From Mytilus californianus (Eukaryota): DNA of 64,000 bases. The notes beneath the pieces were generated by a model that ran no database searches, was not told the origin of the DNA, and saw only the letters and a list, made by a program, of their open reading frames with translations. Numbering within the stretch: position 1 is the stretch's first letter; each line of letters starts with the position of its first letter. Shown here in pieces: positions 1 to 12,529 of this stretch. The position numbers and the translations under genes are program-made. The stretch spans positions 89,652,001 through 89,716,000 of the forward strand of contig NW_026262734.1 of the NCBI RefSeq assembly GCF_021869535.1, read 5' to 3'.

Positions 1-804
1 TCTTTTTTATTGTTAAATGTCTTTTATCTATGCATGTAGATAGACTCTCATCATTCTGCAAATAAATGGTCTGTTTTTATTTGTTATTATTTAACAATTT
101 ATAAATATCGGTTGTACTTATTATGAAATGAGACTTTTAACATGTCTAATAAATTATTGAATTGAATTGCAAATTATGATTACCTCAACCCAAATATGAA
201 ATACTAGTTAAGTGAGTGAATTATGCATAGAAATATTGTCTGCTTATTAGAACATTGAATGTAAACATTTGCAAAATGGATAATAGTTTTGAAGGTTTTT
301 ATAATTAGCCTGATGTTAGACATGCAAGGTACTAGTATTTCACTTTTTGGAACACGTGTGGGATTTGTCAAATTTGTATGCCGATTTGGTAGTTTGAGAC
401 TTGTGTGCATAACCCAAAGATTGAATTGCACTACTTAGATATACATGATATACGCGTGGACTATTTTGTATTGCGATTTACAGCTACTTTTGAGACTGTA
501 ACCTATAAAATAGACTTTTTAATAGAGAATGGAAACGATGGTTATGTCAAAAACTTTACAGAGAAAATGTTATTAAAACAATTGACATTTGTTTTATGAA
601 TAACGTAATATTGAAGATATATTTCCTAAATCAGAAATATTATATTTTTTAAATCAAAAGTTCTTCAGTCTAATGATTTAAAAAAAAAATATTTTCTACT
701 TTTATAAAATTAATATTTGATGCGCAATAATTAATTCTTGTTTATTTAGCAAAACAAACAACAGTTACCTTGTTTATCTAAGAAAATTTTACTTTATGAA
801 ATAA

Positions 805-1001
805 TGTTGGACAATCAGAACTTTTCATGTGGGACAATCAGAACTCTAAAATTTTAAAAAGTGGGACAATCGGGAATAATGGTGTCTTCCCGATTGTCCC
901 ACTTTTTGAAATAACAGGTAAAAAAGTAAAGAAATGTTGTGGGACAATCGGGAATATGTCTGTGGGACCATTGGGAAGTTTGAATGTGGGATAATTGGGA
1001 A
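805..1001. repeat. 21-bp perfect hairpin with flanking GTGGGACAATCGGGAA-like iterons (MITE/transposon subterminal-type region)
   Basis: aaaaagtgggacaatcgggaa (856-876), 10-nt loop, ttcccgattgtcccacttttt (887-907). About five degenerate direct copies of the arm lie nearby. Confidence 0.75.
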
Positions 1002-1719
1002 TTGTTTTGATAGTGATTTCTTTGTTTTATAGTGTGTAGTAGTTAATTACAGGTTAATAATCAATGTAACTTAAAATATATTTTGTTGTTCTAACAATAA
1101 ACACTAATCTTAGCTTCAGGTTATTCCTTTCACTTAAGTAATTATTAAGAACAAATTTGTCTATTGATTAAAATGCCAAAGGCAATGCCTTTTAACCCAT
1201 CATATTTAGATGTTAAAACCCGTACAGATGGATATTGTTTTAACACTTTCTACAAAATTTTAAATACAACATTCAAAACATACAAGTATGGCGTCCAATA
1301 AACTTGACAATTTTGACTTGTTATAAAACAAGTCTTGAAAATGCTACCATTACCCTTATGTTCTAGATGGAATTTTAAAGTTACTTATAATTTCACATGA
1401 GGTACATCAGAAAACCTTTAAAATGTAAAATAACATTTTTAGTGGACACTTAAAATTTTAAGAAAAAATTCTCAATAATACAAAATATTTTAATCTGGAT
1501 CTTTATATATTTATATATTAATATTTATAAATTGTTTTTTTTTTTTATAAAAATAAGATATCCAATGGTGATTCAATGTAACAATCTTGTTCAAATGTTT
1601 TCATTGCTAGAAAGTGAACGTATCAGTATATATTTTTAAGTTCATTCTATTCTATAGTGTTTCTATTTTCATGATTTTATTCTAAATGATATATAGCTCT
1701 TACATGTTGGATAAAAGTA

Positions 1720-1865
1720 ATTGAAATGTAATTAATTACATTGGCAATGTAATTGTAATGTAATTAATTACATTGGCAATGTAATTGTAATGTAATTAAT
1801 TACATTTGAAAATCAATGTAATTGTGATGTAATTAATTACTTTGGCATGTAATTGACCCCAGGTA
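1720..1865. repeat. Tandem ~32-bp repeats built on the palindrome AATGTAATTAATTACATT, probably one end of a MITE
   Basis: About four units of gtaattaattacattggcaatgtaattgtaat, ending in gtaattgaccccagg. Confidence 0.65.
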
Positions 1866-4800
1866 TGAAATAGAGAATGGAAACGATGGTTATGTCAAAA
1901 ATACAACAACCCGACCAAAGGGCAGAAAACAGCCAAAGGTCAAATATGATTCTTAAACGAATCGAGTAAATTCCGCACCCGGATGCCAGACAGTAAACAA
2001 TAACGTATACTAGTTCAGCTAAATGAACGTCATACGTAACTTTACTTTATTTAACGAAGCATACAAATAAAAAAATACATGACTAACAAAGTTCCTGTCG
2101 AATAATATGTAAAATTTGTATAGGGAAGTGCTTATTATCTAGCAATCGTTTGGGTCACTCCATGTGTAATAAGATACACGAATATACTTCAACCGTTTGT
2201 TACTGATCAAAAGAATGTTACACGAGTTATCAAACACGACGAAATGAAATGAGTGGCCCGACAACCTAAAAGGAATACAATTTTGTTATTAATATTCTTC
2301 ATTTAAAATAGTTTGAAAGCTCTCACTCGTTTCGGCAGAAAGGATATTTCGAAATAACACATTTATCTTCGAAGTATACTCTTAGACGTTGTCAGTGTTT
2401 TCATTTGAAAAGATTCGCTTTTCCAATTCATTTACATTGTATTATAATTTATTTCATATTCCGAAATTAAAGTTTTCGTCAAATTATACTCTTAATTTCT
2501 CATTAATAAAGACTCAAAAACATGGTTGAAGTTATTTGTAAACACAGAAGTACATCTGAATTTTGTTGTCGTTTTCAACTGCCACAAAAAGATATTTAAG
2601 TAATTAGAAAGTATGTCCCGTCTTGGATATTAATCTTGAAATTCTTTATAAATCAGTTATTCATATACAAAATAAATGTTTATAAACAACGGCAAATAGA
2701 ATTGTATAGATAAATAGATCCGATCAGGTGGCTTCCTTGTTTTAATTTAAAAAAATTGATAATGCATTGAGATTGATTGATATTTAGAATTATGATTTTA
2801 AAAAAATAATCTAATTTCATTAATAATGATTAATATTTAGAATATTGATTTTAAAAAGGAATCTAATTTCATTATTAATGCTATAAAAAACTCCAAGAAG
2901 CATTTGACGAAATAATTGAGAGTGTCATTAAAAATTTGATTACCTGACGTGATTTTTGTAAACGTTCTTTATTCAAACCTTGAACTTTAATTTAATATCT
3001 ATAACTCTTGAGATGGTACTTATATTTAAACAACCAGTTATAATTAAAAACATTTATCTACATTATCATAAAATAATCAAAGTAATCATGTTCAGTACAT
3101 TTTTGAGACAGTTACATAAAATACATGTCTGTAGTATTCCTTAAGGCTGTCGAAACCATTCAATGTAATTCATTTGGATAAATACAGGCAACAGTAGTAT
3201 ATCGCTGTTCACAAGTCATAAATAGATTGAGAGAAAACAAATTCGGGTTCAAAGTAAAACCGAGGGAAACACATCAACTACAAGAGGAAAACAACGAAAC
3301 AACAGAACACTGAAGTGCAACAAAAAACAATCGACAATGCAACATACATAGAAACGAACTGTAAGATAACAAATGTCATATTCCTGACTTGGTACAGGAC
3401 ATTTTAAGAAAAAATGGTGGGTGAAACCTGGTTTTGTGGCTTGCAAAACCTCCGGGCTTTATGGTCATGTAAAATATACCGCTAAAACGACAACATTACA
3501 TTACGGGAATACAGTTCAAATAAATACAAGAACACCCAAGACAGAGAAATACATAAATGAATAATATAATAGTACATTTCGACATGTAAATCGCAGAATC
3601 ACAACGAATAACTAAAATAAATTTAGGACAGTACACAAAACCAGCTTAATAGAATTACGAACTGTATGTTTGTCACACGAACTCCAAAAAAAGTAACGTC
3701 CCAGGTACAAGTAGCATAGACGAATACATCAATGAGGTCGCATCAAAATGGAAAGACATAAAGGGATCTTCAACAATACACAAGTGTTTCTACAAGGACA
3801 ATTTTTTCAGGTATATTTGAAAATAATAAACAGCAATACATTCAATTTCTATGGAGAGAACAAATAAAACACCGACACAATTTCTGAGTCGTCAGTGGTG
3901 ATGTATGTTTGCACAGTTGTTTCGGCTGTTATGTCTGTTAGGGTTATTCACCCAATTTGTTAAATGTAACAGAATTATAAACCACTGTCTTACAAGTCGG
4001 AGGTTTAGCTATCTATAAAGCCAGATTAAACCCAGAATTTTTTTTCGGAAAATGCCTGCTCCAAATAAGAAATATGGCAGTTGTTTTTCACTCGTTCCGT
4101 TGATTGATAGCTTATTATTTCGTGAGTTTTGAAGGACTTCCTCTTTTTAAAATTACTTTTTATAAGGGCCATGATTTATTTTTCTACATAATTTGATTCT
4201 GTTTATTTACGTTTATTCGATTACGAATCATAACTTATATTTTAGAAGCAGACGTAAAAAATATAAATGAAAGTTATCATGAAATACCAGTTTAATTACA
4301 TGTCGTCTGCTGATGTTGACACACCTCGTGCAGACTTTGATAAATTATGCTTATGCTATAAAAAAAAAATCCTTAAATATGAACGAAAAATAATGGGCTT
4401 TTTCAACCGGACTGATCAAAAGGATGAAAATACAACTATTGCAATTTAGCTGTTGTTTATGGTTCATGTGGAAGATATGTGTTATGCCTGGATATTTTAA
4501 AACAGTACTAATATAATCAGTCTGGATGAAGCTTACTGTTCGTGGATAAACGGTGACCTATATATGCTCATATCCAAATGAAATTCTGTTGGATAATTGT
4601 TTTATTGACGAACATACTACAATGATCTTTTCTCTGTATTTTTATGATAAACATCTTTTAGAAAAAATGTATTCTCTGTCCCTTTATACGTGGTTCTGGA
4701 GCTCATACTTATTCTGTGTACATGTATAATGATTAAAGACAAAAGAATTTGAATTATTTTGAACCTGTCTCATTCTTGGATTATCTTTTTTACTATTTTT

Positions 4801-5060
4801 TTCTGATAAAGTTAACAAGTATGTTTATTTCATTTTAGAAATAAGTCTATTACATTTGCTTTTTAGACAATTGGAGGTTTAGTGAACAATGTAAATAGTT
4901 GAGAGAAATTGCTTGAAGGTAGATTGTACAGTTCTTCTCCGTATATAATCGGTTTGTACGTAATTTATGTATTACTTGTAATTTATTAAGCCAGGAATTT
5001 CGTTACCACAAATTACTTAAAACCTTTACTTAATTTTGCCATAGATAAAAAGATTTAGTT

Positions 5061-5496
5061 TTGAGGTTTGGCTGTACCTGTAGCAAACTTATTTTAAACG
5101 GGATAGCACACCCTCATTTTTACGGAGATGTTGTTTACCGTGCCCAGAAATTTAGAAACGATCCTCGTAAACTTATGGACCCTTTAAATAACCTTTTGTT
5201 AAAAGGTTACCAATTCAACACTGTAATTAGATCATTGAATATTGTTTTTATTGGTATTAATATTGATTTTGTTATCAGTAAATTGAAAAGCAAACTAAAT
5301 ATTATGGTTATATACATCTACGATCTGTCGATACCTGTATATTGGCATTGCACAAGGTCATGTTTTTCTCTGGATGTTTATGACGTCTTTACACTAAATT
5401 CATTTGATGTTGGATGTGTACTGTACTGATTGATAATTTAGTCTTAGTTTCATGATCATTTTTGTACTAGTTGTTAGTGGCTTTGAACTAGAAGTC
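5061..5496 (+). mobile_element. 3' fragment of a Penelope-like retroelement, split by the LINE; continues at 9853-~10030
   Basis: Peptide HPHFYGDVVYRAQK...LLLKGYQFNTVIRSL is homologous to the PLE RT C-terminus at 47561-47962 (HPIFYGNILYKAQ...LIKKGYSYDTVVRSL). The tail ...ctttgaactagaagtc resumes as gaactagaagtcagtaactgc after the LINE. Confidence 0.65.
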
Positions 5497-6456
5497 TTTT
5501 TTTTTTTTTTTAACACTCAAATTGATACTTTATTGCACAACTTGCTGTTAACAATAACACTTGATGTACAGCATTCCATCAAGTATCCCTGTTAATATTG
5601 CCACCGAATATCCAGGGAGAATATTCAGTAGAATTAACAAAAAAAAATTCTATCAATATCTAAATAAATAAATTGCTATTACAAATAGCTGTTTTAAATA
5701 GTCTACTACAAAATATGTTTATTTTTTTCTATATAAAATACTATATATTCATGTAACATTACACACGTTATCACACAAGTTCGTCAATATATTACGGAAT
5801 TTATCACTATTTATTTCGGAATGAGTTTTTGTATACTATCTTAAATGTTCCAGAAACTAAATGCGGTCACTGGTCGATGACCTCGCACGTTTTTTTGTGC
5901 TTCAAGTTTGGATTTACACAAATCTGCAATGTTTTGTAATTTGGAATAAAAATACGAAAAGGTGAGATGTTTTAATTATATGTTTTTATCTGTTATAAAT
6001 CAAATGATTTGAAATAAATGTGTTATTTATTTGACCTACATAACCTTATGTCAGTTATGAACAATTGAACATGATCCCGTGTCGTGACCTTAAAATACCT
6101 ATCAGCTATTTTGTAAACATACACATACTTGAATTTTCTGAAGTCATATTCGTACTACACACACACAGACAGATTCAAACATCCAAGATACACACACAAA
6201 ACTCCTTCATAGTTGCATGTTTTATACATTTTAAGCATCACATTTGAAATTATATGCAGATAGGCTATAAAATATTAATTGCCTCAAATTTTCAAGAATA
6301 GCATCAAATTCTGTACACTTAGTTACTATATCTGCCCAGTAACATGGTATTAGTTATATTGTTCTTTATTTTTACCCCTTTTTCTTTATTTCTTAGCCAA
6401 TTATTTTGAAGCAAATAAAGTATCCACACCCATATATACATACTTGTACAATGTAG

Positions 6457-6507
6457 ACACACACACCAACACACACACACACACACCAACACACACACAC
6501 ACACACC
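6457..6507 (+). repeat. (CA)n microsatellite inside the LINE 3' UTR
   Basis: Interrupted CA dinucleotide run, read directly from the sequence. Confidence 0.95.
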
Positions 6508-6667
6508 AAGTACAGATCTTTTCATATATATATTATAAGTAGATAATAAGTACTTGTATACCTTAACATTTAAGGTATCAGGTGCATTTATAAGCACATT
6601 GACAGCATATTGATATTACAAAATACTTTATGCTACATGTATATTTTCACATTTCTATAACATTACC

Positions 6668-9600
6668 TTAGTTTTTTCTCAAAATGTTATACACTTTTGT
6701 TAATAAACAGTATATCTTCATGTTTACCAAACTATATAATTCTACTATATTATTTATTTCATATTTAAATATTTTCATTGTATCTACCCATTTAGATTTT
6801 TTATTCGAAACATAGTGTGCCTTATAGACTGAAAAGAACATTAAACTAAGCAAATGATTAAGTGCAAAGTAAGCTTTATCATTAATTTTGTATCCTATGA
6901 CAAGAGAACGGAGACTTATAACATGTTCTTCTATGCCAACTCTTTTGAGTAAATCTTTCATTGATTTCCAAAATATTTTATGATATTGACATGTAATGAA
7001 GAAATGGTTATAGTTATCTAGTTCATTGCAATAAGTACATAGGTCATTTTGTGCAATTTTCCACTGGAAAAGCAGCTGTTCATTTGGTAAAATAAAATGC
7101 ATTAATTTCCATCTGAACATTTTTATTTTATTATCTTTTAGATACTCAAAAGTGAATTTAATAGAGTCTTTAAATTCATTTTTGAGACTTCCATTACCAA
7201 AGAGTCTTTCCCATTTCGCAAATCCAATTGGCGTTTCTGTTATTACTTGACCTAGCACTATTTTAAATATGTCTTTATTATTGATAGTAAGGATATCAGT
7301 ATTGTCTCGAAATTTGATTCTAGTTCGGTTAATATGAACATTAGTTTTGAATGATTCTTCTGATTTTAATATGTTGACCCATCGTTTTGGTATGGAATTT
7401 TTAATTTTTAAGATTTCTGCAATCCAATTACTTTTATTTTTCAATTTTGAAATAATTTTTTCTTCTGATATCTTCCCCCTTTTATCGATTATATCATTAA
7501 TATATAATATATCGCTGTCAATCCAGTTATCAAAGAACAAACATTTTCCTTGAAATTTTATAAATCTATTTCCCCATATTATTTGTTTTCTAATATCTAA
7601 ATAATTCTCAATTTGATCATGATTAATATTGTTACAATTGTTAACATTTATCCATGTTTTTATCATCTCTTGATAGAAAATTGGTGTTTCGTTCCATATT
7701 TTTTTATCTAGCATTTTTATTTTATTCAAATTTATCTTGAAAATAAGTAAGTTTTTGCCAAATTTATTGAGGTATAGCTTTGGTAATACAGCCCAATTTG
7801 CATTCCCTGATTGTATTATTTTTATAATCCATTTTATATGTATTGATTTTATATACGACTCGATATCAATCATATTTAAACCCCCCTCTGAAAATTTTTT
7901 AGTAATTATTGACCTTTTTATTCTATCTTTTCCTCCATTCCAAATAAATTTATATATTAAATTATTAATATTTTGTAGTTTATCTTTACTTATGATACTA
8001 TTAGTTGCAATGTAAGTTAAATTTGGTAGCAAAAGAGCTTTTACGATTAATATTTTTCCCAATTGGGTTAATCTTCGTTTTGACCATCTATCTACAAGTT
8101 TCGCTATTTTATCCATGACTTTTTCCATATTCAGTGTGTCACATTCTTTTCTGTCATAACCAAAGTAAATACCTAAGCTTTTAATTGGTTTATTTGTCCA
8201 ATTTATATTTTCATATTTATCTTTTGAACTTTTTAATTTTCCTAACCATATCCCCTCTGTTTTATTTCTATTTAGTTTTAATCCTGAAAAGCTGCCGAAT
8301 GTTTCAATTATACTAAGAGCCAGACTTATTTCTTTTCGTGACTGAAAAAAAAGAGTTGTGTCATCAGCTAATTGACAAATTTTTAAATTACATGATTTTC
8401 CATCTAATTTTATTGTTATTCCTTTAAAATCTTTATTACTTCTTAGCCTTATAGCCATTAATTCTACTGTTATGACAAAAAGAAGAGCAGAAATCGGACA
8501 CCCTTGTCGTATACCACGATATATTTTAAACGGACCTGAAACCCACCCATTATTTAAAATACAGCCTTTAATGCCATTATACATAGTTTCCACCCATCTG
8601 ATAAAGCCATTTTTAAATCCAAACTTTTTTAGCGTTTCTGTCATAAATTTCCATTCCAAAGAGTCAAAAGCTTTACTAAAATCCAAAAAAAGTATTGCTC
8701 CTTCTATATTAAATTTTTCAGAGTAATCTATAATGTCTTGTATTTGTCTAATATTAAAACCTATGTATCTATTTTTGACATATCCAGTTTGATCTAGACT
8801 AATTATAGAAGGAAGAACATTTTTCAGTCTCTGTGCCAACACATAAGCTAGTAATTTCGTATCAATATTCAATAATGTTATAGGACGGTAGTTATTTAAT
8901 GAAAAAGGGTCATTCTTTTTAAAAATAAGCGAAATAGCACCTTTCTTTTGAGAATTTGTTAATTCTTTTTTTTCAAAATTATTATTGAAAACCTTGACCA
9001 TAATATTCTTTAGACTACCCCAAAATTGTCTATAAAATTCTACTGTCAGCCCATCCAGACCAGGGGATTTATTTAATTTCATTTTAAATATTGCATCTGT
9101 ACATTCAGTTTCTGTTACATTCCCTTCACATTGAATACTATCCGAGTCTTTTAGTTTTTTTGGTATTTCTGTTTCTTTAATATACATTTTAACATCATTA
9201 TCATTAGGATTAGTTGACTCGTAAAGCTTTTTGTAGTATTTCACTTGTAAATTTAGAATTTTATCTTGGTCAGTTGTCGTAGATCCATTTTCATCATATA
9301 ATTCAGTTATGATCTTTTTTGTTTGACGACTTTTTTCTAGTCCCAAGAAGTATGCACTATTTTTTTCCCCTTCTTCAAACCATTTTACCCTTGACCTAAT
9401 TTTTTGCCCTTTAATTTTATCTTTATACAAACCCTCTAACTTATTTTCAACCTTCTCAATTTCTATTTTTAAGTTTTGACTTTTATCAATACCATTATCT
9501 ATTTCATTATTAAGATTATTCAGTTGTTTTTCTAGAATATTAATTTCATCCTTTTTTAATTTAGCTTTAATTTTACAGTAGTCTAAACTTGCATCCCTTA

Positions 9601-9838
9601 CTTCTATTTTCAAGTTATCCCATAGTATCCCCAGATCATTGCAGTTGAATGAATCTTTTTCATATTTAGATATCAACTTTTTGATTAAAATTGTGTAATC
9701 TTCATTATTTAAAACACTTGAATTTAATTTCCAATAGCCTCGTCCCTTATTTCCTCTGTCAGTATTAATTTTTAATGATACCGCATTATGATCAGTTAGT
9801 TTTTGGATTATAGGTCTAATGTCACAACTTTTACAGAA
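6668..9838 (-). CDS. LINE ORF2 remnant: C-terminal end of the APE endonuclease + reverse transcriptase + C-terminal Zn knuckle (~1056 aa, uninterrupted)
   Basis: The frame extends 54 codons upstream of the tracked ORF (TDHNAV and RGYWKLNSSVL motifs). RT motifs KSPGLDG, YRPITLLN, LDFSKAFD, GIRQGCPIS and QLADDTT are present, plus C-terminal CTYC...HFFITC. Confidence 0.93.
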   Translation of the reverse strand, partial: FCKSCDIRPIIQKLTDHNAVSLKINTDRGNKGRGYWKLNSSVLNNEDYTILIKKLISKYEKDSFNCNDLGILWDNLKIEVRDASLDYCKIKAKLKKDEINILEKQLNNLNNEIDNGIDKSQNLKIEIEKVENKLEGLYKDKIKGQKIRSRVKWFEEGEKNSAYFLGLEKSRQTKKIITELYDENGSTTTDQDKILNLQVKYYKKLYESTNPNDNDVKMYIKETEIPKKLKDSDSIQCEGNVTETECTDAIFKMKLNKSPGLDGLTVEFYRQFWGSLKNIMVKVFNNNFEKKELTNSQKKGAISLIFKKNDPFSLNNYRPITLLNIDTKLLAYVLAQRLKNVLPSIISLDQTGYVKNRYIGFNIRQIQDIIDYSEKFNIEGAILFLDFSKAFDSLEWKFMTETLKKFGFKNGFIRWVETMYNGIKGCILNNGWVSGPFKIYRGIRQGCPISALLFVITVELMAIRLRSNKDFKGITIKLDGKSCNLKICQLADDTTLFFQSRKEISLALSIIETFGSFSGLKLNRNKTEGIWLGKLKSSKDKYENINWTNKPIKSLGIYFGYDRKECDTLNMEKVMDKIAKLVDRWSKRRLTQLGKILIVKALLLPNLTYIATNSIISKDKLQNINNLIYKFIWNGGKDRIKRSIITKKFSEGGLNMIDIESYIKSIHIKWIIKIIQSGNANWAVLPKLYLNKFGKNLLIFKINLNKIKMLDKKIWNETPIFYQEMIKTWINVNNCNNINHDQIENYLDIRKQIIWGNRFIKFQGKCLFFDNWIDSDILYINDIIDKRGKISEEKIISKLKNKSNWIAEILKIKNSIPKRWVNILKSEESFKTNVHINRTRIKFRDNTDILTINNKDIFKIVLGQVITETPIGFAKWERLFGNGSLKNEFKDSIKFTFEYLKDNKIKMFRWKLMHFILPNEQLLFQWKIAQNDLCTYCNELDNYNHFFITCQYHKIFWKSMKDLLKRVGIEEHVISLRSLVIGYKINDKAYFALNHLLSLMFFSVYKAHYVSNKKSKWVDTMKIFKYEINNIVELYSLVNMKIYCLLTKVYNILRKN

Positions 9839-11629
9839 CTGAACTAGAAGTCAGTAACTGCAAGTACTCTCAGATCTGTGTCTTTTTGTTGTTGGGATAT
9901 ACAAGTATCCGGCCAATATCACTCTGTTTTTTGTTAGATGTATTTCTATTTGTATCCATCTGATGAGTTGAGCCTTTTTCAACTGATTTTTATAGTTCGT
10001 TCTTATGTTTTACTGTTACACCACTGTCCCAGGTAAGGTGGGGGGAGGGGGGGTTGGGATCCCGCTAACATGTTTAAGCCCGCCACATTCTGTATATATG
10101 TGTCGTGCCTGTCCCAAGTCAGGAGCATGTAATTAAGTGGTTGTCGTTTGTTGATGTGTTATGCTATGCGGTATGGGCTTTGCTCATTGTTGAAGGCCGT
10201 ACGGTGACCTATAGTTTTTAATGTCTGTGTCATTTGGTCTCTTGAGGAGAGTTATCTCAATGGAATTCATACCACATCTTCTTTTTTATATTGGCATTAT
10301 TGTTTACTTGTGTACTCCCATAATATTATAACGCCATAATTAAAACAATTTACCACTCCGTACACAACACTTTACGCCACATTTATACGGAAGCTCGTGT
10401 TGTTAAAATGTTAAGTTGTTGTCTTTATACTTCTTTACGTTTTAGTTCTTATTTCATACTTTTGTAATTGAGTTTCTAATTATATTTACTTTAACATGTT
10501 TAATGTTGACAGCGGTTAACCCGTTAACCGATTACTCCGTAAACCGATTAACCATTGGAAGGACAGAATATCGAATACTGTGGATACACCTTTTTCGAGA
10601 TTTACCAATGTTCGAAAGTTTCGTAGGTATTAGCAAATCAGGAATACAAGAATTCATCGAAAAAGCGTGCATTGTGTAGAATGTTGGTTTTTTTTTCGGT
10701 TATGTTTTACAATTCTGGTAAAGTGTTAAAATGCGATAAACATGGGCTACATAAAGCGTGTTGTTAAATTAAATATAAATATATTTTGATAAATAAATAG
10801 TGAAATACTTATAATATCAGTGAGAGTTTACTTTTAGGTAATCGATTAAGATTATTTAGGGAAAATAACTGCCAGTTACTAACTCATTGTAACTATCATG
10901 TCATAATTTAGTATATTGGTGATTAACATTCATTATGATTAAACACAGACGTTAAATGTAGGAAATATTGTTGAAGACGGGAATACATTTCACTTTTGTG
11001 ATATAGATAATGCATATTTTAAGGTTTTCTTGAAGAATAACCCACCGAGGGGTGTTAGGATTTGTCAAATGAAAGACCGACCGTAGGTCGCTCTTTCTTT
11101 GGGCAGTCCTGGCACCCCAATGTTGGTTATACGACAAAAAAAACTTAAATATGAATTATCTGACTTATATAGCGTCTACAAAACATTATTTTTCTGAAAC
11201 ATGTGAAAATATTTGTAGTATTTCAATCATATTTTACCGACCAAAAAGACATGAAAGAGGTGAGATATTCTTTTCTGATGGTTTTAAGGTTTCATACGCC
11301 CTACGGCTCTTTTATAATGTGTAATTAAACTCACTAGTTAATATAGATATAAACTTTAGAAATCATTGTCTAGTTACAATAGAATTATTGCTGTAACTGC
11401 ACGATGCAAGACACACATGAATTGTTACAGTGTATGACAAATAATCGCTTTGTAAGAAAAATATTGTATCAACTTTGTTTTTGACAGGGAAATGCTATTT
11501 TTTTTTCATAACATTTTTATCGCGGAGAAGCAGATAAATTTTCAACAATTTTTCAAATGAACTATTTATGATTTTTTTCTCTTTTTTTCAGGCAATACAA
11601 CTTTTTTGTATAAAACAAAGAATTAATTA

Positions 11630-12480
11630 TCATACCCACTCCCCAGTTCAATGCCAGGCAATGGGCTAAACGAGAGAAAGAAGACGTATATAGATTTTCC
11701 GAATTGATTAAGGCTGTGAGGTCGTTGAAACAAATTAGAGTTAAGAAACTAAATGGGTCTATCAATACCCATGCTACGTCAATCTTTAAAGTCCCAAATG
11801 TTGCAAAACATTTGTCCTACCTCCATGACAAATATGTTGATGTCCCCGCAGATAAAGCCCCAAACAACATCGTTTTTGTGTGTAAATCTCATTACATAAA
11901 CTGCTTGATAAATGAATTAGGTATTTATAACTCACTTGGAAACTCAACATATGACCCACGACACTTACCAAAGAGGAAATCCTGTATATTCACAGATCTG
12001 TTCTATGTTCCTTTCGAATTTCAACCAAAGATGAAGAACTGGATCTTCCATCTTCCATACCTAAACTACATAAATGTCCTTACAAACAATGGCATATTGC
12101 TGGTTCTTCCAAGTGATCCACGAAACCTCTTTCTTAATTAGTAACATCAATGTTATCTGCAATCAAAGACTTTAAAACTGCCTATTCCAGAGGTGGCGTA
12201 AATCAAATGTTTCCATTCTCAATTTTACTTAAAAATTCCAAAGATCTTTTAGAGTACATACAAACTAAGACTCTTTCTCATTGCAATAGTATTAAAACAT
12301 TTGATTTTTTCTACACTTTTTTTCATGTTAGTATTTTCCATTCCATAGTAAAAAAAAACAAATTGATAGAGTTTGTATTGCTTTGTTTTTTAAAAAAAAA
12401 ATGTCCAATTTAGATACAAGTATCTTGTCTTAGGGAGGGATAAATCCTACTTTGTAAAATATCAATCTGATTCAAACAAA
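11630..12480 (+). pseudogene. Decayed Penelope-like reverse transcriptase fragment (N-terminal/central part)
   Basis: VPADKAPNNIVFVCK, LKNSKDL and SIKTFDF motifs across frameshifted ORFs 11704-12141 and 12150-12413. Confidence 0.8.
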
Positions 12481-12529
12481 AAATTCTCTGAAACTGACAT
12501 TACACATAACACAACATAAAAAAACAAAA

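Larger units (their letters stand above)
521..1901 (+). repeat. 33-bp perfect direct repeat (521-553 and 1869-1901) bracketing a 1.3-kb composite insert
   Basis: aatagagaatggaaacgatggttatgtcaaaaa occurs at both positions. Only the right copy continues into the dispersed repeat family (...tacaacaacccgacc) also seen at 41062, 42710-42910, 44900-45090 and 46925. Confidence 0.8.
5497..9839 (-). mobile_element. 5'-truncated Tx1/L1-clade non-LTR retrotransposon (4.3 kb) with poly(A) tail and 13-bp TSD
   Basis: T15 tract at 5497-5511 is the poly(A) tail on the minus strand. TSD tgaactagaagtc at 5484-5496 and 9840-9852. About 1.15-kb 3' UTR and an intact RT ORF. Confidence 0.93.

Noticed and set aside
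204-431. ORF that might be the extreme C-terminus of another LINE ORF2
   Set aside because: Only a vague IIHFANVYI resemblance; no RT or Zn-knuckle motif is visible.
3249-3446. Short ORFs over dispersed repeats (also 12532-12729, 42714-42908, 44962-45192, 46796-47082, 51914-52153)
   Set aside because: They are chance translations of high-copy repeat families that recur throughout the window.
6319-6597. VCVC-rich ORF (and the His/Thr-rich ORF 30721-30942)
   Set aside because: These are translations of microsatellites.
7347-8726. Plus-strand ORFs inside the LINE, and shadow ORFs inside Polinton genes (e.g. 53304-53546, 57573-57881, 58489-58764)
   Set aside because: They are antisense or alternative-frame by-products of biased codon usage and show no motifs.
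9955-9990. CTGATGA followed by a stem as a possible hammerhead
   Set aside because: There is no GAAA core strand after the stem.
11071-11097. GC-rich hairpin gaaagaccgacc-gta-ggtcgctctttc as a Helitron 3' end
   Set aside because: No CTRR terminus at the expected distance on either strand.
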